From Vicugna vicugna (Eukaryota): 64,000 bases of DNA. The stretch covers positions 328,437 to 392,436 of the forward strand of contig MU058259.1 in assembly GCA_013265495.1 (NCBI GenBank), given 5' to 3'. Below, one piece after another: positions 37,430-49,493 of this stretch; position 1 is the stretch's first letter; each line of letters begins with the position of its first letter. The notes under the pieces were generated by a model. The model was not told the origin of the DNA and searched no databases. It saw only the letters and a list, made by a program, of their open reading frames with translations. The position numbers and the translations under genes were made by a program.

Positions 37430-38792
37430 AGGGCCCAACAACTCTCAAATCTAGGTCTCCAGCTTAGATTTTGAAGTCCAGACCTGCTCTTGCAAATGCC
37501 TACGGGACTTCTCTATGTGGCTACCCAACAGGCACTTCCAACTCAAGATGTCCTAACCAGAACTCCCTGGAGCAGACACTGACGGTGTGCCACCCTCATC
37601 ACTTGGATGCTTCCATTTCAGCGTGCTTCACAGACATCCAGCTGCCAGCATCTTCTCCCTGTGCCTGAGAAGGACTCTGCCAATTCTGGGTGGCAGGTTG
37701 AAATTGCCAGAAAATCAGCACCCCCTGGGCCCTTAACCAGCTTCCTCACCTCCTGAGTGGCACAACACTCTTTTCATCATGTCCAAGAGTTTGCCCGTGG
37801 GATTAAGCTCCAGTTGCCCATGACGGTGTTTGGCCTTGATATCATCCCCCATTGGCTGCCATCTCCACTTCCCTACCAGGGCTTCCTTCACCTTCACATT
37901 TAGGATCTGTTTCTGGGGGAACCTACAGCATTTATCATCTCCAGCCCCAAATCTACTTGTCTTTCTAGGGACATCTATCTCAATGACCACACCCCCACCC
38001 AATTCAGAAAGCCAGGCGTCAGTTTCTCCAACTCCTCCTGTTTCCTCCATCAGTAAGTCCTGTTGATTCTATATCCCAAGTACCACAACTCAAGTTCTGA
38101 CCCTTCATCTCTGCTGGCACTGACTTGACGCAAACTCTGATCATTGCCACAGTCTCTCTCACCTGGTCTCCCAGCTGCCAATCCCATCCCGCTGCAATCA
38201 GCCCTTCATGCCCACTGCCAGAGTGGTCATTTCTCAACCCGAATCTTTCCCAGTCACTCCCTTGCTTAAAGTTCTTCGGTGCTCCCCACTGACTACAAGA
38301 AAAAGCTCCTTCACAGGACAGACCAGGGACCTCAAGGGACTGCTAGCTTCCTCCACCCCTCCTTGCTGCTGTTCTTCCCAGCCCCCACTCAGCCTCACAC
38401 AATATTTGTAGCTTCCAGATCCTAGCTTTAGTGCCTGATATTATTCCCTTCACTTGAAATGGCTTCCCATTCTTTGAAAAGCTCCCACTCAGCTCTCACT
38501 GCCCTGCTCTTAGCACCATCTCTATGCCATCTTTTCTGACTGCCCTGCTCCATGCCACTCCCTACACCTTCCTGTGTGGGGACAGGTCCACTCCTTTGGG
38601 GTTCACCTAGCCCATTTTGTAACCCCTCATGTACACATAGTGTCACATTGTATTACTAATAGTTTATTGACTGGCCTGCGAGCTCGTTGGGGTCAGCAAG
38701 ACATGTTAACCATCTCTCTAACCACAGTCCTTAGTTCAGTGACTGACATACAGCAGGTGCTTCATAGATGTTTATTGGATAAATGAATGAAT
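37430..38792 (+). mobile_element. L2 3' region interrupted by an LTR16-like LTR (~37575-37930)
   Basis: L2 motifs ending in acagcaggtgcttcatagatgtttattggataaatgaatgaat; LTR motifs ccttaaccagcttcctcacc..ctgtttctgggggaacct. Confidence 0.7.
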
Positions 38793-39818
38793 CGCCCATC
38801 TGGCATGTAGGTGAAAACTAGATTATGAGTAGATGCTGTATTAGAGAAGTAGGATATAGATGAAAGAATCAGATCTGAAATGGGAAATTTCCTGTGTCCT
38901 TATTTAAAATCACCAAATACTAGAATTACAGAACTCAAAAATCACCCTGAGCAACCCTGCAAGATTTTTTTGGTTCTTTCCTGCTATTTTGGTTTGTCCT
39001 TTCTTTCCTCCATTTTCCTAGGTAAACCTTTAACTGTATGAATGCAGTACTTCCACATTAATGTCCCATTTCTGTCCCCGAACATCTCCTCCCCTGCCAA
39101 TCCAGACCCTCCCTTTATGGACTCTTCCCCTTCTCTCTGCAAGGGCAGCCACAGTGAAAATACAGAGGGATACCACTGCACATTTCTCTGGAAATGGGGG
39201 CCATGATGCCTGTTTATTATGCGTTAATCTGAATCAATATAGTCTCTCCTGAAAACATAAGCACCTCAAAGGGCAGCAAATATGAATCACAATTGCTAGC
39301 GAGGATCAAACATTAACCCAGGACTGTGATGAGGCCAACAAAAGAAATAGGCTAGTAATTGCCTTCCAGGATATCAATCCCTACCTTATATACACATACC
39401 CCCTCAACACACACAAAACCTTTATGGATCTTTCATCCATGAACTTGCCCAATTATAATTGCCCAGTTGTGTCTTTAGTTATATTCAGGCTAGATCCTGG
39501 CAACCGAGACCTCACATACCTGATCCAAGGACTCAGAACAGTTATGAGATCTTTAGAGGAAGTCTTTGGCTTCTGACATGGCTGAAGACGCATTCACAGA
39601 CATATATTTCCACAGGTATCATTAATGACTTACAGCTGATTTAAAACCCCTAGAGCCTTACTGAAACAAGTAGGAACTGGTACTTTCTGTTGATACTCAT
39701 TTCTATCAGTTCTTAAACTTGCATTGTATGTCTTTCTTCTCTTATGTTGATTGGGTACTTCTTAATTTCACTTTTTTTTTTCCAAAAGAGGAAATTCCTT
39801 ATCAAGGAATGGTACCAC

Positions 39819-40070
39819 CAGAGCTGACTTCTCCCTTAGGGGCAGTAGGCACCACGCCTGAGGCCCAAAATACTTTCAGAGGCTCAGGGAAATGTTTTCA
39901 TTTCTTTTAAAATCAGAAAAAAACGTGATCTTTTAGGTCAAAGAAAATGTTTTAATATATAATATTAATACATTTGCCTTTACACCAATGCAAATATAAA
40001 ATGTAATTGTTACTATTTTTTTATGGAGGAAAGAGTCCACAAAGGCAAAGTGTCCATGCAAGGCATAATG
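39819..40070. mobile_element. ORSL-like hAT-Tip100 MITE
   Basis: cagtaggcacc..ggcccaaaatacttt..aaatgttttcatttcttttaaaatcagaa..ttttaggtcaaagaaaatgttttaatatataatattaata. Confidence 0.65.
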
Positions 40071-41056
40071 TTTCTACCACATTATGTTTGCAACACAACA
40101 AAGTTAAAATAGAACCTTTCAAACACAGGTTCCTGTTCCCATACTAATCATAAAGTTGCCAGGCTGCACACTCTGTGGGGCCACCCCAGGTTCTACCTGA
40201 CGCCACTAATGTGAGTGTTGGGGCTCAAGGAGGTCTGAACACGCAAAGGACAGCAAGAGTCAGACTACTGTCTGCTCAGATTCAAGTAATTTCTGCTCTG
40301 CCATTCTCTCTCAAATATCTGCATCCTATTTTGATTACCAGAAAACACTCTTTTCATATTTAGGGATTAATTAAACCAGTGTAGTTGCTTCCTTTGCTCT
40401 CTTAAAACATTTATAGGATTTGGGGATTTTTTAACTTTGTTTTAAAATGATCAATACTACTACTGCTACCTATCATTTATTTACTGGTTAGGGACCATAT
40501 AGTCATCATCTCTGTCACTTCAGCTTCTTAGCCCAGTGTCTGGCAAACACTAGGTGCTTAATAAATGTTAGATTAACAACTGAATCACCTCTCAGGCAAG
40601 TTTGCGGAAATGCGATTATGTCCGTGGACTGATTTTGTCTTTAATAATCTCATACACTGTGAAAAGGGTCTTTGAGCTGTATCCCAATTGGCATTTTAAG
40701 GAGGTGGTCCCTAGGCCCTCGCCACCTCTCCCGCCTCCATCCGCCAGCCACTTCCTCCCTCCTGGGCTCTGTTCTCGCTCTTCTCCATCCTGGGGTCTGG
40801 AATGGTCCCCAGCCCGCCGGGAGGCATCAGGGTCCGTGCTTGGGCCTCCCTCCCGAGCGTCGCCCCCCGACCCCCGCGCTCCGGCGCCCCTTCCGCCACC
40901 CCGCGCCTCCCACAGCCACGCCCTCCCCGTGGGCGAGATCACCTGTCCCTCCTCCGCCGCCGCCTCCTCCGGTACCCTTTCGCCCCCCTCCTGCTCCCCC
41001 TCCTCCGCCACCTCCCCCAAGCCCTCCCCTTCCCCGCCTCCTCCCACCCCTCGGTG

Positions 41057-41063
41057 TATATAG
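41057..41063 (+). promoter_or_regulatory. TATA-like box (TATATAG)
   Basis: Isolated AT-rich motif in the GC-rich core, ~30 bp upstream of an initiator-like acacacactc. Confidence 0.6.
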
Positions 41064-41084
41064 TAAAGGCCGGGCGCCGCACGC

Positions 41085-41289
41085 AGACACACACTCGTCC
41101 GGACACAGGCGCATACACGCTCACGCACGACCGGCAGCGGCGGCGGCGACAGCAGCTCGGTGACAGCGGCGACGGCGGCTCCCACCGCTGCTCACCCCCT
41201 TCAGGCTGCCGGCGGCGAGGCCAGACAGGAGAGTTCCCGCACCCGCGACCACCCCAAGGCTTCCTGGAGGCGGCGGCCGCGATTGCAAG
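41085..41289 (+). other. Predicted non-coding first exon (start approximate)
   Basis: No ATG; GGC-rich 5'UTR-like sequence; donor AAG|GTAGCG at 41289/41290. Confidence 0.6.
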
Positions 41290-41435
41290 GTAGCGGCCGC
41301 GGCGCCCCCGTGCGGGCCGGGGTCCCCCCACCGCCCTCTCCGCGCGGACCTGCCACCGGGACGCAGGGGGCGCGCCGGGCTGGGCGCGCCTGGCGGGGCC
41401 CGGCGACCGGGGAGGGGCCTGCTCCCGGGGGCAGG

Positions 41436-41599
41436 ACGGCGCCCGGAGGCCGGGGCCAGCGGGGAGGGCCGGGCGGGGGCGGGGACGCGGGCCGAGGCCG
41501 CCACCCGCGCGGCGTCCACGGCGCCCGGAGGCCGGGGCCAGCGGGGAGGGCCGGGCGGGGGCGGGGACGCGGGCCGAGGCCGCCACCCGCGCGGCGTCC
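41436..41599. repeat. Perfect 2 x 82-bp tandem duplication
   Basis: 41436-41517 is identical to 41518-41599. Confidence 0.95.
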
Positions 41600-41830
41600 T
41601 CGGGCCCCGCTCCTGCTCCCGGCGCCGCGCACTGGCTGGCGGGGCTGGGGCCGGCTGGGGAGACGGCGCCGGCCGGCGGGGCGGGGTCCCCGAAGTGGGG
41701 TTTGGGCAGCCACTGGCGCTGGCAACGGGCGCAGAGGGCGGCGCGCGGCGGACTCCGCGTCCGGGCATCGCACCGGGCCGCCTCCGGCTCTGCCGCTCTG
41801 CCCCTGCCCGGAAAACCCGGTGCCTTCCAG

Positions 41831-41961
41831 GCCCTTCGAAAGATGGATTCTGTTGACGTATCTGGCGGCCCTGGCGAGCCGGGTGGAAAGTTGGGTTTTG
41901 CCAGATCGCGCTGGGCTCGTCTTTGTGACGCTCGACCAGCCCCGCATCCTCCTGGAGCCGG
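41831..41961 (+). other. Candidate alternative 5' exon
   Basis: Acceptor ccttccag|G, consensus donor CGG|GTGAGT, and ATG in strong context (aagATGg) at 41843. Confidence 0.45.
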
Positions 41962-42564
41962 GTGAGTGAGCGTCGGCGCCTGGGAGCCCTCGTGCCCCGC
42001 AATGCCCAGACCCGGGGTGGCCGCACCAGCTTGGGCTTTCTGCCATGTTAGGCACCGAGCAGCCTTCTCGCTGCATTTTTGCGTGCGTTTCAGCGGTGCT
42101 TTTTGCTGCCGAGGGAGTTACTGCTTCTCTCCGCGCTGGCTTTTTTCGGGGTTGGGGTTGTGCTCTGTGTATTTGCTTGTTTGCCGTTTAAAGCCCGACT
42201 ATTGTTCAGGATAAGCTCCGCCTGGGTGGGGAAATGGCATCCCACCACAGTTGCCGGCGAAGGGTAGAAATGTTGCCAACAGCTGCTGCTTTGTGTTTCC
42301 CTATCAGAAGTCCCCGGAGTAGGTTTGGGGCACGACGGATAGATGGAGAGAGGGATCGGGCACGGAAGAAGAAGGTGCCTGTGGAGGAGCGAATCATCAC
42401 CCACCCCATGGCACGCAGTCAGCCTCCCTTTCTGCCTGCCAAACTTTTATGAATATTCCTTTTGTGGCGGGGTGAAGCTTAATGAATTCAGCCCAGTTTT
42501 CAAGGGAAAAGCAACCCGGCTTTAACAATGGTTAGAGAACTTAATCAATGAGAAAAGCAGGGGG

Positions 42565-42620
42565 AGGGGGAGGAGGCGCTGACAGCGTATCGGGGATGTG
42601 GCTGCTTCTTGCAGAGTCAG
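42565..42620 (+). other. Candidate further alternative first exon (start uncertain)
   Basis: Donor CAG|GTATGG at 42620/42621 after a G-rich tract, within a secondary CpG cluster. Confidence 0.3.
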
Positions 42621-43864
42621 GTATGGGAGAGGTGGACAGGGCAAGGCGCAGCGCCGGGGTGGCCGCATTCCCGGAACTGTCAGTAGCTCTTACCTGTACC
42701 CGCTGGAGCCACCACAGTCGTGCCCCCACCTCACGGTCTGGCCAGAACTCGGTGACGGGGCTTGAGGGGCCGCTCGCGGCAGTGCGCGGGGCCGGCCCCC
42801 CTCATCTGGCGTTTTTAAGGATGTGTAAATATTTTGCTGAGGATAAGTGACATCAACAGAATGATATTCCGCAGAGCCCGGGTGTGCAGCGATGATAAAT
42901 AGATATGGCCAAACAAAGTTTTGATAACCGCAGATTCTCATGGCTCGCTCTGTTTCATTTGGGTCTTTGTTTTTGTTGGTTTAGCCTTATCTCTCATCCT
43001 CTGGTGTGATCCCTTTATTTAGCTGATTCTTAGAAGCTTCTCTTTAGAACGGAGAGAAAAGCAGCCAGCAGGGAGAAAACAATCCTTAGCCTTGCATGCA
43101 TCGGGCAAGGTTTTATGTGCTGTTCCCGGGGAATATTTCCCACCGTTTTCTAGATATATCTCTTCCTCCTTTTCAGTCATCAGAATCGTTTGTTGATTGA
43201 CCAAGAGACTTCTGATAACTTTGAAAATGTGTTGTGATGTGCCTTTGTTACAGTAGAGGGGTGGCAGCGTGGGAGGAGAACAGTGGAGAGGTTAGTGGGT
43301 GGGAGCCGCTTACTAGAGCAGCCTTATGCCCCCACACACTGTTTTGTCCTTGGCGTTTTCTTCCTAAAGGGGAATATGGGAGCTCTGCCACTGTTGGAAG
43401 CTGGAGCGGCTGGAAGACTGGAAGCCCGGTGGCATCCCGGTTTCTCTGCCCCTTAGAAGCCCAGAAAAGCCACCTACCCACCCACCCCCTACACACAGTA
43501 TCCTATGAATGGGCGCGTCTGTCTCATCCTGACAGATGCCCACTAGAGGCATCTACAAGGTGACTGGGCACTGGGAGCCAAGACAGACTGGCACTTGGGG
43601 TACTGGCTGCTCTGGCACCAGCTCATAGGATTGGTCAGCCACCCAGGGGGGTCCTTTATCATGCAAAGAAGCCCCAGACCTCCAGAGGTGAGATCTGGCC
43701 CAGGAAAACCTGCCCATTTCAGGAACAAATGAGAAAACAGCTTTCCAGGTGATGCCAGTTGCCAACGTGAGAACTTGGTTGGTGGGCATTAGGGCAATAA
43801 CTGTAAAACAAGTGAAAAGTCTTGTAGCCAGAAAACAGAGCCACCAACACAGGGCACCTGAAAT

Positions 43865-43866
<2 letters not shown>

Positions 43867-43925
<59 letters not shown>

Positions 43926-44023
43926 AAAAAAAAAAAAAAAGAAAGAAAGAAAAAAAAAGAAAAAGAAAAGAGAAAAAGAAAAAAAAAGAAAGAAAAAGAA
44001 AAAAAAGAAAGAAAAAGAAAAGG
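43867..44023 (+). repeat. 157-bp purine-only tract (A46-G-A27, then GA-rich)
   Basis: Seen directly in the sequence. Confidence 0.97.
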
Positions 44024-46007
44024 CTGGGAGGTGTGTGACAAGGTGTTGCTGGGAGTGCTATAGCATCAGGAAACCAATATGGCTCTAGCTGTAATGACCC
44101 AAAAACAAGATAGGACTGGTCTCCCCAAAACTCAGAATGGAGGTATTTTGTATGTAGAGATACACACACACACTGTGCTCTGAATCTAGAATAGGAAAAT
44201 AGCAAATGTCTGTTTTCTGGCTCCTTCTGTAACCTTAGATTTGGGGGAGGAGGGTGGTGGAGGAGAGTAAGTCCAGAAGGAAATTAACATTTGTTGTTGC
44301 CCTCTGTCTGCCAGACACTTCACATGTGGGAAACCATGATGTGACAGAGGCATTATTTTACAGATAAGAAATTTGAGGCTCAGAGAAATTTCCAATCACG
44401 TGTCTGATTCCACACTTCAGTGGTTACAACTTAAAGAGGCAACATGATCCTCCCCCAAGTTTCTTACTTATTTCTCCCAAAGACCAGAGTCTTAGCCCCT
44501 ACCCATTCATAAAATATGGTACGTAACTGGGGGTGGGGGCACCAGTGAAGCAGTCCAGCCATCGGGGTACATGCTTATGTGCCAAGTAGATAGACCCCCA
44601 AATAGTCCCTAACTATTTCACATGGGAAGACTGTGCCTTTTCATCTTGGAATCCCCAACATCCAACTGTTGCTTAATAAGTGAGGGTTGAATGACTAAAT
44701 GATGAAGCTGATGGAGTGAATGGTGGTGAAAGGGAGCTGTAAGTCATTGTCAAGGGAGAAATCCAGAGATTTGTGTTTGGTTGGGGACTCGGAGCTCCTG
44801 GTGTCGTGCTCCAGTTCTAGCCCTGGGAAATTCCCAGCTGACAAGCCCACGAGAGATGGGCAAAGCATTCCATCTTGTACATGAGGAAACTGAGCCTGAG
44901 ACAGATTAAGTAATTTGCCTGAGGCCTATGGTGGAGCCAAAGGTTGGGTAAGGTATTTCTGACTCTTAAACATCTCAAATAAATAAACTCTCAATAAAAA
45001 TGAGGTGGGGTCTTGCTATGCAAATACACCATCAAAGCGAGTCCTTTAGCCCCCTTCCAACTAGATGTAGCCTTTAACCCCCTAGAAATTCTGGAGCCAC
45101 TGAGAGAGCTAGGATTTGAAGCCATATATGAGATGTTTCTGACTCTGCTGCCTCCTTGATCAGAATACAAGGGGAACTTCAGAGAATGAGGCTCTCAAGG
45201 AGGGGGAAATATTGCTAATTGCACTCTCCCCTGCATAAAAGCCTGTGTGGGATTCTGAATTAAGCTTGATTTGGGGATCAGGGTGACATCCTTGCTGTAG
45301 AGTTGGCAGCGCTTGTCTTTGGAGAATGCTTCTGATTACCACTTCTCCCTCCCACCTGACTGTCTGCCCAGATGCCCGTCGTCTCATTCTTTCCAGACGC
45401 AAGGCGTCTCCTTTGTGGCTCACAATTTCTGATGAGTCTCTCAAGTCTACTGCTCGGTGTTCTGATGACAGCTGCTGAGGAGGTGATTTGGGGGACCACA
45501 TTAGTACTTCTAGATTTCGCTCATGACCCTCCTTTTCTCTCCAGCCGAGATCACACACAAGAACACACATGCACATACAGATGCAGGCGCAGGTAATTTG
45601 ATCATATTTCTGTGTCTGCTTCACCAAATTAGATTGCAAGCCCAGAATTGTTATTGAAAGAACATACGTGACTTTGGTGATCTTCTGTTCCAGCCCCTGC
45701 CTTCAGCAGATCGGAAGAGCTAAGATACAGGCTGCTCAAGCAGCAGATGCCTTAAATAATGATGATACTCGCTGGCCTTCCCGCTGTTGCAGGGGCAGCC
45801 CCCAACAGTGTCGGCACAGGCAGCTCCCCACAGTGTGGGCATGGGCCCTGGGCCTCTCGCAAGAGCCCATTTTTATCTCCACTTAGAGGTCGGGCTGGGC
45901 TTCTAGAACATCCCAGCCCTTGCCGTTCCCACTGGTGCTCTAATTCTTATAGTCCATCCTGCTCTCAACTGTCAATCTGTTTCCCACAGCCTTTTTGGTC
46001 TTTCAGC

Positions 46008-46346
46008 CCAGCACTGTCTAATAGAACTTTCTATGATGATGGAAATATTCTATATATGCACTGTCCGTCCAGTGTAGTAGCCTCTAGTCAAATGTGGCTT
46101 TTGAGCATTTGAAAGGTGGCTAGTCCAAAGTAGGATGTGCTGCGAGAATAACATATGTGCAGGATTTCTAAGACTTAGTACCAAAAAAGAATCCAAAATA
46201 GCTCATTAATAACTTGTATATTGATTACATGGTAAAATGATAATATTTTGCATATATTGGTTAAATAAGCTAGAGTATTAAAATTAATGTCACCTGTTCC
46301 TTTTAATCTTTTTAATGTGCCTACTAGAAACTTTAAAATTATATGT
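46008..46346. mobile_element. MER3/MER33-type hAT-Charlie MITE
   Basis: cagcactgtctaatagaactttctatgatgatggaaat..gacttagtacc..gattacatggtaaaatgataatattttg..ctactagaaactttaaaatta. Confidence 0.85.
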
Positions 46347-48461
46347 ATGTATTTCTCTTAGGCAGTCTTCGCTCCACCAGCCTGTGCCTTCATCCTTGTA
46401 GCACTTCCAGAAGTTTTGGGGGGCATAAACGCCCTGTGTCTCTGTGGCAGATGGGAGGCATGGTGCTGACTCAGGAGCTACAATGGCCTGGCATCAGGCA
46501 ACTTTGATTTTCAGTGGTGAAGGTGCCATTTTGGGGAGTCCCCATCAAGCCTACCCATGAGCACGTTTGCTCAGTCACCTTCTGTGAGGTACGCAGGTTC
46601 CAGAAACTTAATGGAGATGAGAGAGCAAGGCGTGGGTGGGGGTGGGGGTGGGTGGGACTGGCTTTCCTCTCCTCCATCCCAGCCTACCCCAGGCTGGTGT
46701 CCTTGTCCATTGGAGAGCCGTCTCCCGCCTGAGCAGCTGATTTCCTTGACACCTGCTCTAATAATATCCTTCCCGGGTATGTGTGTTCAGAGAATAGTGT
46801 TCCAAGCAGACACCCTAATGCTGAGAGTGGGTTATCTGGGGCCAGGGCCAGTCTTAAAGAAGAGAAAGGAAAAGGGGGGATGCACATAGTCATTTCCTGA
46901 CAGCTTGATGAAAACAAGAGCAAGGGAATAAATACAGTTTTTGCAAGAGAGACAGAGTAAATGCAAGGAAGCCCAATTGCACAGGCCCGCGGTGCCACAG
47001 ATGAGGAACCCTGAGCAAGAGACAATTCAGGAGTGGGACGGGGAAGGCTGGCAGTGGGCACTGTGGTCATCCTGGTCCCTTCCCTGGGCCCTGGGCATGG
47101 CCCAGGAAATGAAAAGAGCTGCAAGAATGAACTTGGGGCTGCGGTGATTTATAGGTCAGGCGCCTGTGGCTCTGGCTCCTGAGGGGGCTGCCCCCACAGG
47201 GACCCTTGGCTGACCTCCTTGAGCTCCTCGGAAGGAGCTGGTTTTGTTTCCCATGGCAGAAGCAGACTGTTTACTGGAGCACAGGAAGAATCCGACATTC
47301 TGGCGAAAAATAATTCATTAACAGCCAGGGTATTACCAGTTCCCTGGAAAAGCTCCTCCAGCTGCACGGTAGCAACTGTTCTTTCTCAGCAGCAGAAGTG
47401 GGCCTCGCTGGCAGCCAAGATGGGGTGTGTTTGGGCATTTTTGTCATCATTGTTATTTTTGCCTTTGTGTGTATGCCCACTTTTGTCTCATGATTCGGAG
47501 AAAGGAATGTGGCCCAAAAGGGTGGAAATGGTATAGCTGTCGGCCATTCTTCCCTCCATGGTTTTAGCTGGGAAGCTCTAGGCCAACTCTGGGAACATGA
47601 ATTTTTCCTGACCGAAGCCCATCCCCATGCTGAGGGCACAGCACAGCCCCACAGGATGTTCTTGAACTAAAGGAATTTTAGAAAATCTCAGCACCTGCTC
47701 ATAAGACTTTATGGAAACAATTGGCTAAAGGACTCCCACCCCCACCTCCCCGCATACACACATACACTCCCCAGGCAGAACATGCTATCTTGGTTGTGTG
47801 GAATTCTTTGCTTACTGTTAATTGGCACAGTGGGGCCAAAGTACGTGATTCATCATCCTAGTTTTGAGGGTATTTGGAAAGCCGGGCAGGCATAACCAAG
47901 AGAATGGGCTGCATGTTTTGCTGTCTCAAGAATGGTTGAATCTACAGTAAATAAAATGGAGTGATTCAGGAAGCTTTTTATGCTCTGCAAAACTCTGCTT
48001 AAAAAAAGAGTTTTAGTCTGCTTGTTTGTTTTTTAATGCCTTATGCTCACAAATGTGTACCCAGCTAGCAAGAAATGGGAAAGAATGGCATCTCCTTGGT
48101 TTAGTTTTTTAAAAACTCTGTAATTGCAGATTAAATAAGATGGAACGTATTGATTTTGGTTTTGTATGGAACATAACTAGATAATCATTTTATTTTATGA
48201 GATATTAATTTCCATCCATTTAGACTGATGAAATATGCATTTTAAATGCACCCTGCCTAGCCCCACCATCATCACAGTATTTCTTTAATGTTCCTAGATT
48301 CAGCTTGAGAACCTGTTTCATTTATTTGGAAAGGAGTAAATATGCCCTTAGTAAACATATATGTAAGCCAACCTTAGATTTCAAAGAAAATGGGATTCTC
48401 TCCTTTGATGATTGCCTAGATATGAATATTAAAGGCCAAGTGTATTTGCCTTTATCTAGAG

Positions 48462-48681
48462 CACAGTTTCTCCATCTCGGCCCTGTTGACATTTTAGGCC
48501 AGGTCTTTCTTTGCCGTGGATCTGCCCTATGTAATTTAGGATGTTGAGCAGCGTCCCTGGCCTCTACCTACTAGACGCTAGAAGTGTCACCCCCTCAGCC
48601 CTAGTTGTGATAGCCAAAAATGTCTCCATACCTTGCCAAATGTCCCATCTGGGGCAAAATGGTCCCTGGCTGAGACCACTG
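48462..48681. mobile_element. MER20 (hAT-Charlie) MITE with degenerate 8-bp TSD
   Basis: gacattttaggccag..agcagcgtccctggcctctacctactaga..ccaaaaatgtctcca..tgagaccactg; flanks atctagag / gcctagac. Confidence 0.88.
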
Positions 48682-49337
48682 GCCTAGACCAAGATTTAAT
48701 AAGCAATTTGTGGCTTTTGGAAAATTCAGTTTGATAATAAAAGATACAACAATTTCTCCCTCTGACTTATATATTATACAAGTCATGGGGGTGATTAATA
48801 AACATTTGGAAGTGGGTTGTGTGCCTGATTTAATTCTAAGGTGGGTGGAAGGGTCTATAAGATTGTATAGGCACAGATAGTTTTAAAGGAAGGCGATTGA
48901 ATCAGTCCTAGGTAACTGGGGAGCACATTGTAATAACTAATGGCTTCTCTTTCATGCAGAGAACAGGTTTATTCCTCCCTAATTTCTTTTGCAAATGCAC
49001 TTGATTCCAGGCATGCCTTCAAAGCCACCAGGCATCTTCTTCCACCCGCACCCCCTCCCCACTATCATTTCTCCTGTAGCATCTTAAGCCTGAGCCAATT
49101 AATTTAGCCCTTTAGTGTACTTGGGAGAGCTCTGCTCATAACACTGTAATAGACTCATTTCAGATCGTGGCAGCCCTTTACCCACCACTAATTTCTGGGT
49201 TTTCCAGTACTGTTGAGAGAGAAAGTCAATGGTGGGGAGATGGAGCATTTTTCAAAATTATTGGACATTCAAATTCCATGGGCTCCACCACTCCTCCCAG
49301 TTTTCCCCCCCTCTTACACACATTTGTTTCTTTGCAG

Positions 49338-49493
49338 CAGTTCTGCCTGGGAAAGAGAGCGGCAGCAGGGCTCCTTCAGCCAGCTCAGTCCTGGTAATGT
49401 CTGCAGTCAGCAGCAACAGCTGGAGCGCTGCAGCTGGACGAGCCCTCGGCCATCTTCTTCCTGGTGGTCCCTAGAAAGGCTAGAAGCGGGGGA
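49338..49493 (+). other. Candidate internal (probably 5'UTR) exon or enhancer core
   Basis: Long pyrimidine tract with ttgtttctttgCAG|CAG tandem acceptor and donor GGA|GTGAGT. Confidence 0.4.

Larger units (their letters stand above)
40700..42900 (+). promoter_or_regulatory. CpG island promoter of an unidentified + strand gene
   Basis: Very high GC and CpG density (core 40800-42100), C-rich GC-box tracts, + strand splice donors, and downstream L1s all antisense. Confidence 0.92.

Noticed and set aside
40602..42076. Many long overlapping ORFs (150-300 aa) on both strands
   Set aside because: These are Pro/Arg/Gly/Ala-rich products expected from stop-poor CpG-island DNA. The 82-bp duplication is not a multiple of 3 and no domain is recognisable.
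43553..44205. Poly-Lys and poly-Phe ORFs
   Set aside because: They are translations of the A-rich tract.
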